A stretch of 64,000 nucleotides of DNA, from positions 126,172,001 through 126,236,000 of the forward strand of contig CM059432.1 of the NCBI GenBank assembly GCA_030390025.1, given 5' to 3'. The notes under the pieces were generated by a model. That model was not told where the DNA came from, did not search any database, and was given only the letters and a program-made list of their open reading frames with translations. Position 1 is the stretch's first letter; the number at the start of each line of letters is the position of its first letter. The position numbers and the translations under genes are program-made. This DNA is from Squalus acanthias (taxonomy: Eukaryota). Positions 63,233 to 64,000 of this stretch are shown one piece after another.

Positions 63233-64000
63233 CACCACCCAGATGCTCTGGCATTAAGCAGACCCTCATAAACCATATACAGTAGCAGATGCTGATCATA
63301 TTTTTCCCAGCATCAATCCTCTTGTCACTTTAAATTGATAGAACTGCAATTTCTGACTTGAAACTGAGATAAAACAGGCGGGGGCAGGTGGTCTCGTGCT
63401 ATTGCCTACTTGCGCTGCTGTCACTTGGATTACTGTTGCCGATGACTGCCCAGACATGGACAGGAGCTCTGCAAGGTAAACAAAGTAGTGCTTCTGACTT
63501 TGGAGGTGCCAAAACCCACTTAAGAGATGGCTTTCGTCGGCAACTCCAGAGGCAGCTGTCCCTCCAGCAGTAATACAAGTGTTGCTAACTGGCTCAGTCC
63601 ACCCATGTAGTCTAATGAAGCAATTTTGCACTTGAGACGAGCATTACTTTTTTCCTTTGTAAGATTAAAAAAGTCTGAGATTTATAGGCTTTGTGTAAAT
63701 CAGACAGGTGTAAGGCTGGTCAGCACTTGCTGGCTGTTTTTCCCTGAGGTTATGGTTGGCTGGATCCCAGAGATTTACAGTAACAGTGAATTGATGACGT
63801 GTGAAAAGGAGTTGCCACAGATCCCCGGCTGCGGCCAAATTTCCGCTCCCGCCCCTGTCCTGTCTGGGTGCGCCGCCCACTACCGGGCTAGTGCGCACCC
63901 TTCACTTGCCCCCACCGCCCCCCCCCCCCCCTCCAAATACAAATCGAGGCCTTCGTGTCAACAGGATATTCAGCTGTGAGAGCCATCACAGTACATTTTA

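Overview
Eukaryotic, repeat-dense vertebrate DNA; the repeat families (HE1-type V-SINE, SacSINE1-type DeuSINE, CR1, L2, Penelope) point to a shark or other elasmobranch (inference). The window holds the 5' half of grainyhead-like 2 (grhl2) on the + strand. Six coding exons (equivalent to exons 2-7: 10364-10550, 10652-10719, 16637-17051, 45214-45269, 46492-46648, 52533-52644; 995 nt, all GT-AG, phases join in frame) encode the transactivation region and the start of the CP2 DNA-binding domain. I did not find exon 1 or exon 8 onward. The introns are filled with nested CR1, L2 and CR1/L2-group LINEs, a Tx1-like fragment, Penelope elements, four SINE families, several PIF/Harbinger-type MITE families with 3-bp TSDs, and a 25-bp minisatellite. 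Most interesting: (1) a 185-bp inverted repeat with 182/185 identity made of apparently non-TE sequence in intron 6; (2) a ~224-bp TSD-flanked palindromic Penelope-derived unit with hammerhead ribozyme cores on both strands; (3) an unclassified CpG-rich insert with a hairpin, coding-like tail and double polyA signal in intron 3; (4) inverted MITE copies bracketing exon 7. Family names come from recalled consensus features, not from a database search. No prokaryotic system or CRISPR array is supported.
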